From: the human T2T-CHM13v2.0 reference genome, Homo sapiens
Reading direction: 5' to 3' (one strand)
Assembly (NCBI RefSeq): GCF_009914755.1
Contig: NC_060940.1
Length of the DNA: 64,000 nt
Shown here: piece after piece, positions 11,135 through 26,172 of the stretch
Layout of the letters: each line of letters opens with the position of its first letter
How positions within the stretch are numbered: the first letter of the stretch is position 1
Translations under genes and position numbers: made by a program
Notes under the pieces: generated by a model
Told to the model about the DNA's origin: nothing
Database searches by the model: none
Seen by the model: only the letters and a program-made list of their open reading frames with translations

Positions 11135-11222
11135 CAGGCCGCCGCAGGAGGGAGCTCTGGCCGGTCAGCTCGTGCACGATGCAGTTATCAGCCTCGGTGT
11201 CGGGTGCTGTGGGCACCACGTG
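11135..11222 (-). CDS. PIEZO1: PIEZO1 exon 10 (c.1108-1195)
   Basis: HVVPTAPDTEADNCIVHELTGQSSLLRRP; 88 nt. Confidence 0.97.
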
Positions 11223-11303
11223 CTGTGGGCAAGCAGCGCTGAGCCATGCACGGGCTGGCCGGGCGCCCCCCACGCTGGCGTCTCCACCTGCCTGGCTGCT
11301 CAC

Positions 11304-11390
11304 CTGGTCAGACTCCCGTTCCTGGGGCCACTGGTCCAGCTCTGCTAGCTCCAGCTCCCGAGCCTCATACCCCTTTGCCGCCTCCTTCCT
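11304..11390 (-). CDS. PIEZO1: PIEZO1 exon 9 (c.1021-1107)
   Basis: RKEAAKGYEARELELAELDQWPQERESDQ; 87 nt. Confidence 0.97.
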
Positions 11391-11509
11391 CTGCAGAGAC
11401 CAGCGTCTTGAGCCCAAACCAGCTCCACACCCCACCCAGAGGCAGGAGGTCCTGAGACCAGCCCCATGGCCTGGCCTCAGCCCACCCACCATGGGTGGCA
11501 GGTGCTCAC

Positions 11510-11681
11510 CTGGCCGGAGGGGCGGTACGCGCGGAGCTTGCGCAGAGAGGCCGTGGCGTAGCACAGCAGCAGGAGGACGCCGGGGCTGGCATACACAGGC
11601 CAGTCCAGGCCGGTGTTGAGGACCAGCGCGTGGGGGCTGGAGCAGTTGGTGGGACCCACGAAGTCCTTGAGACCCAGCACC
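11510..11681 (-). CDS. PIEZO1: PIEZO1 exon 8 (c.849-1020)
   Basis: VLGLKDFVGPTNCSSPH...RAYRPSGQ; 172 nt. Confidence 0.98.
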
Positions 11682-11802
11682 CTGTCCAGAGAAGACCCGT
11701 CACAGCCTACCACCCCAGAGGCAGTGGGGCCACAGGGGCTAGACGAGCCAGGTGGGCGGGACCAGGGTGGCAGGAAAAAGGGGCTATGTGGCAAGCCGTT
11801 AC

Positions 11803-12016
11803 CTAGCCCAGATGCCGGCAGGCGGGAGCAGAGCCTGTGCCAAGGGCATCTGGTAGCAGTAGAGGCAGATGAGATGGCCGGCGCCGAAGCACCCCACCGC
11901 GGCGCAGAGTCTGCTGAAGCCCCGAGTGCTGATGGGAAAGTGGCAGGCCCACCAGGTGCAGAGGGCCAGGAAGAGCAGCAGGTAGACACTGGAGAGGGCC
12001 GAGGGGTGGGCGATGC
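11803..12016 (-). CDS. PIEZO1: PIEZO1 exon 7 (c.635-848)
   Basis: GIAHPSALSSVYLLLFLALCTWW...PPAGIWAR; 214 nt. Confidence 0.98.
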
Positions 12017-12142
12017 CTGCGGGACAGGGGCACACAGGGTGGTACCTGGCCAGTGCCATGTGTCCCGCTGTCTCCACAGTCATCAGGGAACTCCAAGACC
12101 CCTCCCAGTGTGACTGCCAGTGCCCCCTGCCTCGGTGCGTAC

Positions 12143-12311
12143 CTGCCAGTGCAAGCAGTGTTACGGCCAGGACCCGCCCAGCCGCCACCAGCAGCCAGTG
12201 GGCCGTGACTCGGAAACGAGCGGCCAGCCGTGACCTCCGTGTAGGGGCCAGCGTTGCTGCTTCCTGCAGCCCTGCCGTCGGGCTGGCATCCACATCCCTC
12301 TCATCATCATC
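12143..12311 (-). CDS. PIEZO1: PIEZO1 exon 6 (c.466-634)
   Basis: DDDERDVDASPTAG...VLAVTLLALA; 169 nt. Confidence 0.98.
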
Positions 12312-13522
12312 CTGCCAAGGTCACGGACAGGGGCAAGGTCAGGTGTATCACACTGACGCCACCTCTCCAGCCCACACCTGCCCAGCCAGGAGCGTGGAAG
12401 GCAGCCACATCCACAGCTGCTCCTCTGAGGGCCACAGGACAGCCTCCCCGGGCACAGGCCCCAGCCGTCCCTGAGGTCTGCCTGACACCTTCCTACTTCC
12501 TCACTCAAGCTCACAGTTCCTGCAGGCCTTCCTGGTAGCAGCTCCCACCCTGGCCGAAGACCCAGGGTCTGTCCTGCCAAGCCCAGGCACGTGATGACCT
12601 TGCCAGGTACAGACAGACCACAGACTGTCCTATACCACCTCATCTCCCCGAACCACGCACCCAGGGAGCAGCGGGGCCCTGTCTATACCCCGGGGGGTCT
12701 CTAGAGACCAAGGGGGCCTGAGGGACATGGCCAGGCTCCAGGGTCTCCTGTGTACCCCTGCCAGCCTTCTGGGTGGCTCTGCCTGGAAGATAGGGGTGGT
12801 ACTCCTGCCCTCCCCAAGCCTCTGGGGGCACAGAGGTGGCCAGCTGCCTAGAAGAAGTGACAGGCCGGCCTGGGGCTGGGGAGAGAGACCTGCCGGGCCT
12901 GTTTTCCCTGGACCTGACTAAAGATTTCCCAGAACACAGCCATTTCCCAAACACCAGGGAAAGCCAGGTGTGGTGGAAAGAACACGGCTGTCGTCAGATG
13001 CCCTGGCTCTGGCCTGGCTGCCACCGGCCCAGTGTCCCCATCTGTGACTCGGGGGCTCTCCTGGTGGCTGAGGCGCCAGGTACCCGGGCTGAGACCGCAG
13101 GCTGTGGGGCTGGACGATAGGCCCCACCCCAGCTCTGACAGTCTCCGTGCTCTGCAGGCCGAGGCAAGTCACAGCCTCTCGGAGCCTATTCCCCTTCTGT
13201 CAAATGGGATGGGGGCTTGACGGGACAGATGAACCAGACCAGTCCTGTCCTCACAGGCCTCCAGGGCTGCAGGGGCTGCTGGGAGGCTCCGAGGCCAGGG
13301 TAACAGGGAGATCAGGGCAGGAGAGGCCCAGGCCCTGAGCCCACCCCTCTCAGAGACCACACAGCAGCTGGGGGCGAGGCTGGATCAGAACGCAGGGCGC
13401 CATCGCTCACCCCACCCACAGCCTGGCCCTGGCCCTGGCCCTGGGAAATCTTCTGAGCAGAGCCGTGAAAAATGAGCATTTCTGGGAGTGGAAAGAACAG
13501 AGGCAGCTGCTGTGGGAGAACA

Positions 13523-13643
13523 GGTGTGAGGCCACCGAGGGGCAGGCCCGGCCCTGACTTGGGGTATGAGGCCACCGAGGGGCAGGCCCGGCCCTGACTT
13601 GGGGTGTGAGGCCACCGAGGGGCAGGCCCGGCCCTGACTTGGG
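13523..13643. repeat. 40-bp tandem repeat x3, intron 5
   Basis: ggtgtgaggccaccgaggggcaggcccggccctgacttgg. Confidence 0.95.
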
Positions 13644-15052
13644 CCCCACGTGCCGCAGCCATGCTGCAGACGCCCCTCACCCTCCTCTAGCGGCCAGCAC
13701 CCCTCGGGCTGGCTGGCACACTCCGTCGCATGCCTGCAAACACGTGTGTGTGTTGCCCATATGTGGGAGTGAGGGTCGCCCGGGGGCCCTGCCAGGCCGG
13801 GTCATGGGGCTTCTAGATCTTTCGGAACGGTATCCTGCAGGTGCCTGGTGCCCCCAGCTCACTCTGAAGTCTGTCCACGCTGGCCGCCCAGGGCGCAGCT
13901 GCACACTCAGGCTCCCATCACACCAAGATGAAGATGACCAGAGTCCAGCCACCCAGCCCCTTCCCAGCAGCCAAACTCTAGGAAGCTCATGCCCCATGCC
14001 CCCATCAGCATGGAGGGGCTGACGAGGGAGGGGCGGGTCTCTTGGAGGACAGGCAGCAGCACAGTCCTCATGAGCGCTGGACCCCCTCAAATGCCCGGAA
14101 AAGCCACTTGACCTCCAGGTCCCCGTTCCCACTTCTGAAATGCGGGCACCAGTCTTGCCCCATGGGGTGGCGACAGGACAGGCAGGAGGGCAGGCCGCCT
14201 CTGCAGGCTGAGCAGGTGTACTCGACCTACCGTGTGGCTTGGGGAACCCCTTTCCCTCTCGGGACTCCTCTAGAAGTTGAGGCCCATGTGCGTGGCGAGC
14301 ATCAGCTATCTGACGAGTGGGCACTGGGAGGGTGAGGTGGGAGGAGGCTGGGTGCCCGGGGCAGGGAGTTCTTGGGCCAGGACACCCAGGCGGCCATAAA
14401 TCCTGGCTGAGCCTGGGGATGGCAAGTGTGGGCCCAGGCAGGGACGAGAGGGTCTGAGCAGTCAACGTTGGGTGTCGCAGGCCCCAGCTCATGCCCTGTC
14501 CGTGTGAGGGGGCCATAGCTCAGAGATTCCCGGGGCCGGACCTCCAAGTCTTGTAGCAGCTAAAGTTCACTCTGCCTCCCACTCCGAGGACAGAGGCCCT
14601 GCTTCAGGCCCGTCGCTCCTGGGGTCCAGGCCCCTGCTGGGGCTCTGGGCCGACAGCCTGTTTGCCTGTAAGTGCATGGGGCCTGCTGGGGCCGCCCCTT
14701 CTCAGCCCTTCTGCAGTGGCTCTCCAGCCAGACCCACTGCCCAGCACTGCAGGTTTCCACCACCGCGTGGCCCCAAATAATTCCCCTGTGAAGAGTTCCT
14801 AAGGGCACAAATGCCATGTCGGGGCGTGGAGGTTTCTGACTAGAGGCAGAGCCCGAGTAGAAACAGGTCTGAACGGATGGAACTGCAGGCTGGGCCCCGG
14901 GGTGGGATTTGGAACTTCCTCCTCTCTTTAACACCAACTTACAACCAAAACGTCTACATCTGTTTTAAAAAGATTAAAATAACCCTCAAAATGGCTGAGA
15001 CCACAGCTCTCGAATGACCTCCCTGACACACGGGTGACGCAGCTACCCTCAC

Positions 15053-15191
15053 CAGCTCCCGTGGATGTGGGCTCTGCCGGGTGTTCCTTGCAAGGCGCCC
15101 GCAGATGCCGAGGCAGACAGAGGAGACCACCAAGATGCCCAGGTCAGGGGCCACCAGCCGGATGGCGTTGGGGATGTCCTTCAGGTCCAGC
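15053..15191 (-). CDS. PIEZO1: PIEZO1 exon 5 (c.327-465)
   Basis: LDLKDIPNAIRLVAPDLGILVVSSVCLGICGRLARNTRQSPHPREL; 139 nt. Confidence 0.98.
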
Positions 15192-15231
15192 CTGCGGAGA
15201 GCAGGGAGCAGCCGCGGTCAGACCAAGAGGA

Positions 15232-15566
15232 CAGGTGTGGGTGTGAGTGTGGATGGGTCTCCAGGTGCGGGTGGGAGCGTGGATGGGTCTCCAGGTGCGG
15301 GTGGGAGTGTGGATGGGTCTCCAGGTGCGGGTGGGAGTGTGGATGGGTCTCCAGGTGCGGGTGAGAGTGTGGATGGGTCTGCAGGTGCGGGTGGGAGTGT
15401 GGATGGGTCTCCAGGTGCGGGTGGGAGCGTGGATGGGTCTCCAGGTGCGGGTGGGAGTGTGGATGGGTCTCCAGGTGCGGGTGAGAGTGTGGATGGGTCT
15501 CCAGGTGTGGGTGGGAGCGTGGATGGGTCTCCAGGTGTGGGTGGGAGTGTGGATGAGTCTCCAGGT
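15232..15566. repeat. 30-bp VNTR x11, intron 4
   Basis: caggtgcgggtgggagtgtggatgggtctc. Confidence 0.97.
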
Positions 15567-15657
15567 CCCCCTCTGTCCCTCCTGGGTCCCCCCACTTCCT
15601 GGGGCCTGAAATCCCCAAGGGAGGCTTGCTGGTTGGGGGTGGGAGGAATGGTCTTAC

Positions 15658-15700
15658 CTTGTGACCCCTATGTGTCGCGAGAGGGTCTCCCAGCGGCTGC
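15658..15700 (-). CDS. PIEZO1: PIEZO1 exon 4 (c.284-326)
   Basis: SRWETLSRHIGVTR; 43 nt; GTAAGA donor. Confidence 0.97.
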
Positions 15701-15904
15701 CTGCAGAGAAAGACGGGGGAACCCAGGTCAGGCTCTGCCCAGCCAGCACCGTGGCCTGGTCATCCCTGGAGCGTTTCACCTGGACCATCCAGGCCAGACA
15801 TAAATCAGGCTGAGTCAACCCCCCCAGGAGACTCGGGGTCACTGCAGGGCCCTCTCCCTGACCCCCAGGATGGCTATCCCTACCCCGCCCCCTCAGCGAC
15901 TCAC

Positions 15905-16027
15905 AGCTGGGTCCCAGGAGCTGGTCCAGGCGGGGCACAGTATGCAGGCAGATCTGGAGGGCGAGATGGGCCACCAGGAAGAGCAGGCTGAGGCCCAGCA
16001 ATGCCCGCAGGAGGCGGCCTGTGTGAC
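15905..16027 (-). CDS. PIEZO1: PIEZO1 exon 3 (c.161-283)
   Basis: GHTGRLLRALLGLSLLFLVAHLALQICLHTVPRLDQLLGPS; 123 nt; GTGAGT donor. Confidence 0.98.
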
Positions 16028-19000
16028 CTGCGGCAGAGCGAGTGGGTGAGGCTGGTCCTGGGGACGGGGAGGGGCCGCAGCCCAGGCCGCTCAGCCGGAC
16101 AATAGCCCCCAGCCCGGCCAGAGCCCAGAGGCCTGAGATGCAAACCCGCCATGGACTCAGGACCCCATCAGGCAGGCCGGCCAGCCCCACTCCCCACGCC
16201 TCCCGAGGGTCACTCTTGTCACAAGGAGCCGGGCATCCTCCTGGGGGTGGCAGCAGGATGGGCCTGGGGCCCACAGGCAGGAAAAGGCCTCCCAGGCTCA
16301 GAGGAAACCACCTGGGGTGTGCTCCCTCATCCAGCAAATACCTGTCACCGTTCAGTTGTGGAAGCAGAGGAAATAGACACAAGGAGAGGCAAGAAGCTCC
16401 ACCTCACCCCAGTGGGGGCTGCAGGTGGATGGAGACCAGAGCATGCGGAGCGCCCCTGAGCAGCCGTGGCTGGGGTGGGAGCAGGGCCATGATGGCTCTG
16501 GAGAAAAGTGGGGCAGGCAGCTGCCTCCCTGGGGCTGAGGGGCTGCAAGGAGAAGTTGCATCCCGATGCATGGCCTATGCATGGTACCCAGTCCCCATGG
16601 CCACCCTGGCATTTCAGGCACCTGCTGTGCACCAGGTCAGGCCCCAGACCGGCATCCTCTCTCTCTCTGTGCACCCACACCTGGCAGGAAGCGGCAGCAC
16701 CATCTGGTTGCCTGGCAGCCTTGTCCTGCTCCCAGCTGCCTGTGGCCCCACTGGACTCAGCCCCCCAGCAGGGAGGCCTTCGGCTGCAGGGCAGGGGCTG
16801 GGCGGGCGCACCCTGTGGCTGGGGGCACTCAGGAGCCCTGGCTTCACCTCTGCTCTCGGCGCACATGTGGACAGCTCACCCTTCAGCAGGGGTCCGGACC
16901 AAAGTCCTTGACCCACCGGGTTCTGAGTCCTGACAGGGCTGTGGACAGCTTCCCTTTCCACCCCGGCACCTGCTGGCAGGAGCTTCCGGGCCCTCACCCT
17001 GGGGCAGCAACTCCTGCACCACCAGCCACGCCCGGCCACGAGAAAGTGCAGAACAGCTCAGGCCCTTCTCACAACTTCCTGGAGCTCAGGGACAGGTAGC
17101 ATCTGGGTCTGGGTCCAAGGTGGTGAATGTCACCACCACATCTGCCCTCTCTCGGCCTCGGGGCGCAAACTCAGGGCCTGTGTCCACTCTGTTCAGTTTT
17201 TTGAGCACAAATGGTGTTAGGTGACAGACTCGGGATTGGCCTTGGACACTCAGCCCCCTCTTTCTGGAGCAAAGACTCATGACCCACGTCCAAGTCACCC
17301 TGCACATCCCTAAGCCTGACCGTGAGGCAGCCCTCACGGATGCCCAGGACTCCCTGTCCGCACCACCAGGCAGCCGAGGCAGGTTTGGACCAGCTTCTCA
17401 CACTCACACCTTCCTAGGGTTGCCCCAGGCCCTGACCTGCTGACCCTGCAGCTATGACCTCTGACCTGTGGAGGATGGGAGGGGTGAGCAGCAGGGAGAG
17501 TGGGAAGGAGGAATGGAAAACCGTCCAGGAAGGGAGGCTGCAGCCCCGACACGAACAGGAGCCACCACCAGGGGGTGCTGTGCAGGGCTCCCGGAGGACA
17601 GGACCTTCCAGGGCCTCCCTGCCCCGAACCCATAGGTGCCAGGCTTCTCACTGCTCACGACCTCCGTGCCGGGCTCATACCTGCCGCGCCAGCCCCTCTT
17701 CAGCAGAGCACAAGTCTGGCAGCAGGAGGGCACCAGCCAGGGGCCCCGCGCCCCCGCCTCTGTACAGCAGGGTCACCGTGGGGAGACATGAGAACACCGA
17801 CCCAGGGAATGGGCTCCTGCCACACCTGCCTGGGAACCTGGCCTGTGAGTCCTGCTCGCTGCACCCTCTAGCCTGACGTTGAAGTAACCTCGCCAGCGGG
17901 GCCCTCTGTGGCACTGGGCACTCAGGGAGAGCACGTGGCATTGGAGAAGGTATTCTGAGTCCTACAGAGAGGGACCTGCGGGGCCTGCCCCACAGGCACG
18001 TGGGGCTCCTGCTGGGGCTGTCAAGGACCCCCGGGCACTGAGAGGACATCTGGGCCCTTGGGCAGCCAGGCTGACGGGTTCCCTGCACACACGATCCAGC
18101 AGCCCGGGAAGGAACTGCCTGACCAGAGACCCCTGGGCAGGGAGGGGCTCTCAGGCCACCTGGCTCCCGCCCACCTGCCTTGCCCTGCACGACAGTCCAG
18201 GATGTCCGTCTCTGGCTACATCTCGGATGTCACTGCTTCCCCATTGTCTTCCTCCCTCCCCTTTCCCTGCCTCCTTCCCGGTTCAGTTCTCGGGCCGGCC
18301 AGAGTGTCCTGGTCTGGCCATGTTAGAACAGCTGGGCCATGATCCCTCCCCAGGGTCGAAGGGGCCGCAGCTGGGCCTGGAGGCCACTCCTGGCCACGTG
18401 GCACGCCCGCTCCCTGCCTGGGCTGGATCAGACTAGGGAGCTGAGAGTCCGAGGGGCACCCCGGGAAGAGACGCTGCTGGAGATGGGAGGGGGCCGGAAC
18501 GTGCAGAGGGATCGAGGCTCTGCTGACCTGCACGGGGCGGGGAGCGGGGAGGTGCACACAGAGGCCGAGGGGGCACCCTGACACCGGCCCTCTTCTCCGA
18601 CGCAAACAGCATGACCTCAAGGGGTCGGGTGGCTTTCTCGTGCCTCCACCTGCAGCCCCTGTCCCCGCCCACCCCCTCACTCTCCCCCTGCAGGTCCCAC
18701 CCCCAAATGCAAAGCTGGGAAAACCAGGCTGAGCCGGGGATCAGGCCACCTCCGCAGGGACCCACTGCTGCCTCTTCCAGGAGCCCAGGAGACCCAGTGG
18801 GTCTCCTGCCCCCGACTCCAACTCCCTCCTGGCAGGACACACCCAGCTCACAGTGGCCTTTCCATCCTGGGAAAGGGAGTGAGAGGAGGCTCAGGCCAGG
18901 GACCCGCCCAGCTCTGGCCGGCAACCGCCCTTCAGCCTTTGTTCCTGAACCACTGTGTGGGCCCCAACCCATCCGCTGCCTGCCGGAGGGAGCCCATGGG

Positions 19001-19082
19001 GAATGGACTATTCTTGCCACCCCTATCCATGGCAGGGGAGGGGCTCAGCATGGCTCTTGCCCACCCAGAAGAAGGTGCAGGG

Positions 19083-19377
19083 GGCCTGGCGTGGTGGTTC
19101 ACACCTTTGGGAGGCCGAGGTGGGTGGATCACCTCAGGTCAGGAGTTTGAGACCAGCCTGGCCAACATGGTGAAACGCTGTTTCTACTGAAAATACAAAA
19201 ATTAGCCAGGCGTGGTGATGGGCACCTGTAATCTCAGCTACTCAGGAGGCTGAGGCAGGAGAATCACTTTCACTTAAACCCAGGAGGCGGAGGTTGCAGT
19301 GAGTTGAGATCGCGCCACTGCACTCCAGCCTGGGCAACAGAACAAGACTCCGTCTCAAAAAAAAAAAAAAAAAAAAA
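19083..19377 (+). mobile_element. Alu
   Basis: Alu dimer with poly-A tail. Confidence 0.95.
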
Positions 19378-20694
19378 GGGGCCGGGGCTCCCCCTCCAGC
19401 TTGCAGGGCTCTCAGGAGGAAACAGGAAGGGGCGGGGAGGCCCCAGGGTATCGCAGACCGGATGGTTGACAGAGCATGGACCTCCCCCAGAGCCGGAGCC
19501 CTTGGACCCCGGCACGGCCTGCAAAGGCTCAGGGGCCCCACCACGGCAGCATCCTGATGCGTGGTCCATAGCCACCATCCCCACACCTGCCGGACAAGGG
19601 CTGGGCCTGATTGTTCTGTGGGGAGTGTGGAGTTGCCCTGAGTCTGATCCGTGGGGTGTGCATGGGAGCCCCCTGGAACCTGATCCATGGGGTGTGCATG
19701 GGACCAGCCAAGGGACCCAGGGTGCCTTGAGGCTGAGCCATGAGGCCCACCCAGCGACAGCTAGGGCTGAGCTGCGGGGTAGGGCCACGAGAGGGGCCTT
19801 TTGAGACAGAGGATGGAGACTACACAAGGCTGGCAGAGCCGGGGGACCAGTGAAGCTGGAGAGGGTGGCAGGGCCTCCCTGCACGGGGCATGGTAAGAGG
19901 TGGGGGGTGATCTCTCTCCAGACAGCAGGGTCAGTCTTGGAGGTGGGTTTTATCCTAAGGCAGGATGGGGCTTCTGAGTCCCTAAATGACAAGCAGGTCT
20001 CTGGGAGCCACCCCCTGTGGCTCTGCCTGCAGCCCTGCCTGGAGCACCAGGGTCTGTTCCCTCTGCCCCAGCCCCAGCCCCTACCCCTCTCCTCCCTGTT
20101 CAGTCTGAGCTCAACCTCCAGCCCCCCAAGGATCAGGCTGACGCCTACAAGGGGACCAAGGCTCAGATGGCGTCAGAGCTTCCACCAGGGCCACGCCAAG
20201 CCCAGCAGCTGCACAAATCATAAAGCCCCGGGCACTCGGCTCGGGCAAGCCTCACACTTTCCTCTCTCCCTCCCGGAAAACTGGGCAGCATCTCCGTCTC
20301 TGAAGGGCCTCTGACGAGGCTCAGGCAGGGAAGTCCTCCCGGGTCCTCTCCAAATCTTCCCACCCCAGCTCCTCCCCTGGCCTGGCTGGGCGCCTGCCTT
20401 CCCCCACTGCTGATTAAAGGAAAGTGTTTCCAATTGCGCCCTGGGCATGAAATATTTACGGAACAAACGGCGAAACGCCAGGGGCCTGGGAACAGACAGA
20501 ACCGGCTCCACAGAGCAAAGGGGAGGCCCAGGATAGGGACCGGGAGTGGGGGTGCCCACCCACCCCAGCCATGCATCCTGGAGGGGTTTGGGCCTCGGGC
20601 CCCAGCGACTCCCAGCACTCGGCCGCACTGGGCCCCTCCCAAAATGCCTCTCTGCACCCCTGAATTCTACCCATGATCCAAGATCAGTGCCTGC

Positions 20695-21600
<906 letters not shown>

Positions 21601-21913
21601 AGCCATGGACAGGCCCCGACGCTGCCAGCCTGATGCGTCCAGCACCTCCCAGAAGGGCGGCACCCAAGAGCCTGTCTCCACAGTCACGCCCCCTGGTCCT
21701 GCTTGGCCTCCTCTCTGCCCTCTGCTGGGGAAGGTCTCTTGCTGCCTACACTTGCCCTCCCTGGGGACCTTCCTTCCTTTCAGTGGCTCTTCACCCTCCA
21801 AACCCAAAGACCAGCGGAGGGCCCGGCCCCACCCACGTTTGGCCCATGGCCTTTGGGGACAGGTCTCTGAGTGTTTGCTCCAAAACGCGCTCTCCTAAAA
21901 CGTGGGCACAAAA

Positions 21914-22001
21914 TGGACATGGCCCCCACAGGGCAGGTAGGTGACACGTCACAGGATGACATGGCCCCCACAGGGCAGGTAGGTGACATGTCACAGGATG
22001 G
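21914..22001. repeat. ~42-bp tandem duplication
   Basis: gacatggcccccacagggcaggtaggtgaca(c/t)gtcacaggat x2. Confidence 0.9.
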
Positions 22002-22436
22002 AGGGTTTGCTGCTACCCTCGTCACCCAGGCTGCAGGCTTGGCACGTGGCCTCACCGCCCTCTGTTTGGAGGATACGGGAGAGCAACACAGTCCTGGCCC
22101 AGCTCAGACCCCAAGGTGGTTCCCAAGGGGGGTCTCAGCTCCGCCCCCCCCGCACAAGTGGATCAAAGTCAACTGAGGTCCAACCCCACAGCGGGCAGCG
22201 GGAGGGCGGTCCAGGCGGCTGGAACTCCCAGGCTGCCAGAGCCTCAGCAGGCAGGAAACGTGCCTGGAGCCTGCAGAGAGTGGGCAGTTGGGGCCCATCC
22301 ACTCCCTGTGGCCTCCCAAGGGACACAGAGACTCCACCCCCATGACCCTCCTCGCCCCTCACAGCCCCTGCAACACGGATCAGAAAAGATTCTGAGCTTA
22401 GCTTGGGGTCTACAATGAAAATAAGAAACTTTGATG

Positions 22437-23148
<712 letters not shown>

Positions 23149-23392
23149 CTAGGTCGCCAACAGAGGATGGCCAGCCCCACCCCAGAGGACAGCGCACCCA
23201 CGGCCCAGCTCGTCACACCGCCGAGGCCGTGTGCCCTGTGAGTGCTGCCCTGAGCCAGAGCCGTGGAAGCCGCCTCGCGCTTCCGTACATATCTCACACA
23301 CGCCACGACACGGGCACCAGCCTCCCAGCGGGGCGCTGGGGTTTTGACCCATCTTTCTACCTTGCTTTTTTTCCTTTAAAAATGCTATTCTT

Positions 23393-24453
<1,061 letters not shown>

Positions 24454-25689
24454 TCATGCTGCCTAAGGGGCGCCAGCAGCCCATCCTCCAGCCCACTATC
24501 CACCCACCCTCCACCCTCCACCCACCCTCCAGCCTCAGGACCCCGGTCAGGAGGCTGAGGAAGGAGGCCACAGTGAGCTCAGACCCGTGTCCAAGCGAGA
24601 CCCCTGGCTGCTGCTCCCACCATGACCCCAAAGCCCCAGCCAGGATGTAGCCAACGAGATCCCTCCATAGTCTGGCTCTGTGCCCAGGGGAGGCCATGCG
24701 TGCCACCATCTGCCCCATCCTTGGTGCCAAAGGAGCCCCGGGAAGTCTTCTGGAGGGAGGCCCAGCCCAGCCCAGCTCTCACCTTGACACCCACCTGCCC
24801 CTCAGTCCCCAAGACCCGAGCCTCACCCTAGACCAGGGGCACGGAAAACGCAGGGCAAGTTAGAGGAGGCGCAGGGCAGAGGGAGACCCCGACCTCCACG
24901 GACAGCACAGGAGGCCGGGCCTTTCACAGCCTGGTGGGGCCTCCAGACCCATCTCCCCATTGGCACCGTGGAGCTGACGCTTGCACCTGAAAGGGTCAGG
25001 GGCACACGGCAAACTCAAGAAGCACAGCCCCTCCCTTCCCACTCTCAACAGCTTCACCCTTCCACCCTCCCGGAAGCAGACACGAAAGAATCGCGCTCGG
25101 CGCTGCTACGGGCTCAAGGCGGCCTCGGCTTAGCGCACACATCGCGGAGTGCCGGGCTCCGGGGGGCACCGCCCGCCCTGCTGGACACAGCAGCCTCCCC
25201 CAGCTCCCCCAGGAGCCCTCCCTGAAGTTAAGATCCCCTCTTCCTCCCATTAACGCACCAAGCATAGCCATCGGCTCCATGCTTTTACATCTAAAGTTTT
25301 TTGACGATTATACATTTTCATTAAAAAAAAAAAAATCCATAAGATCTGGCCCAAGAGGCAGGAGGAAAATGCATTCACAGCAAAGGCTTCTGAAGTTCTG
25401 AAGTTCTCCACAGCTGCACTTTTCAGCCGGGTGAGTTCTGCCCCAGTCCTGTCCCCAGAGAAGGTGGCACCTCCCCTCTGCACCTGTCCAGCCAGGTGGC
25501 AGCCGTCCATGCATCCGTCAGAGCAGAGGAGCTCACGGTCTGACCTGCCAGGAACGTCCAATGCTCAACAAGTGCACCAGGGTTGGGTTCGAAGCCCGTG
25601 GCAGGGCACCTTAGTGTGGTGTGGACACCAGGCAGGGCTCCTGGAGTCAGAAGCGTAGGTCCTGGGGATGAAGGTCACCAGACCCTGAG

Positions 25690-26172
<483 letters not shown>

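Noticed and set aside
15081-15803. His/Pro- or Gly/Ser-repeat ORFs (HPHLETHPHS, GSPGAGGSVD)
   Set aside because: Artefact of a 30-bp (3n) repeat unit.
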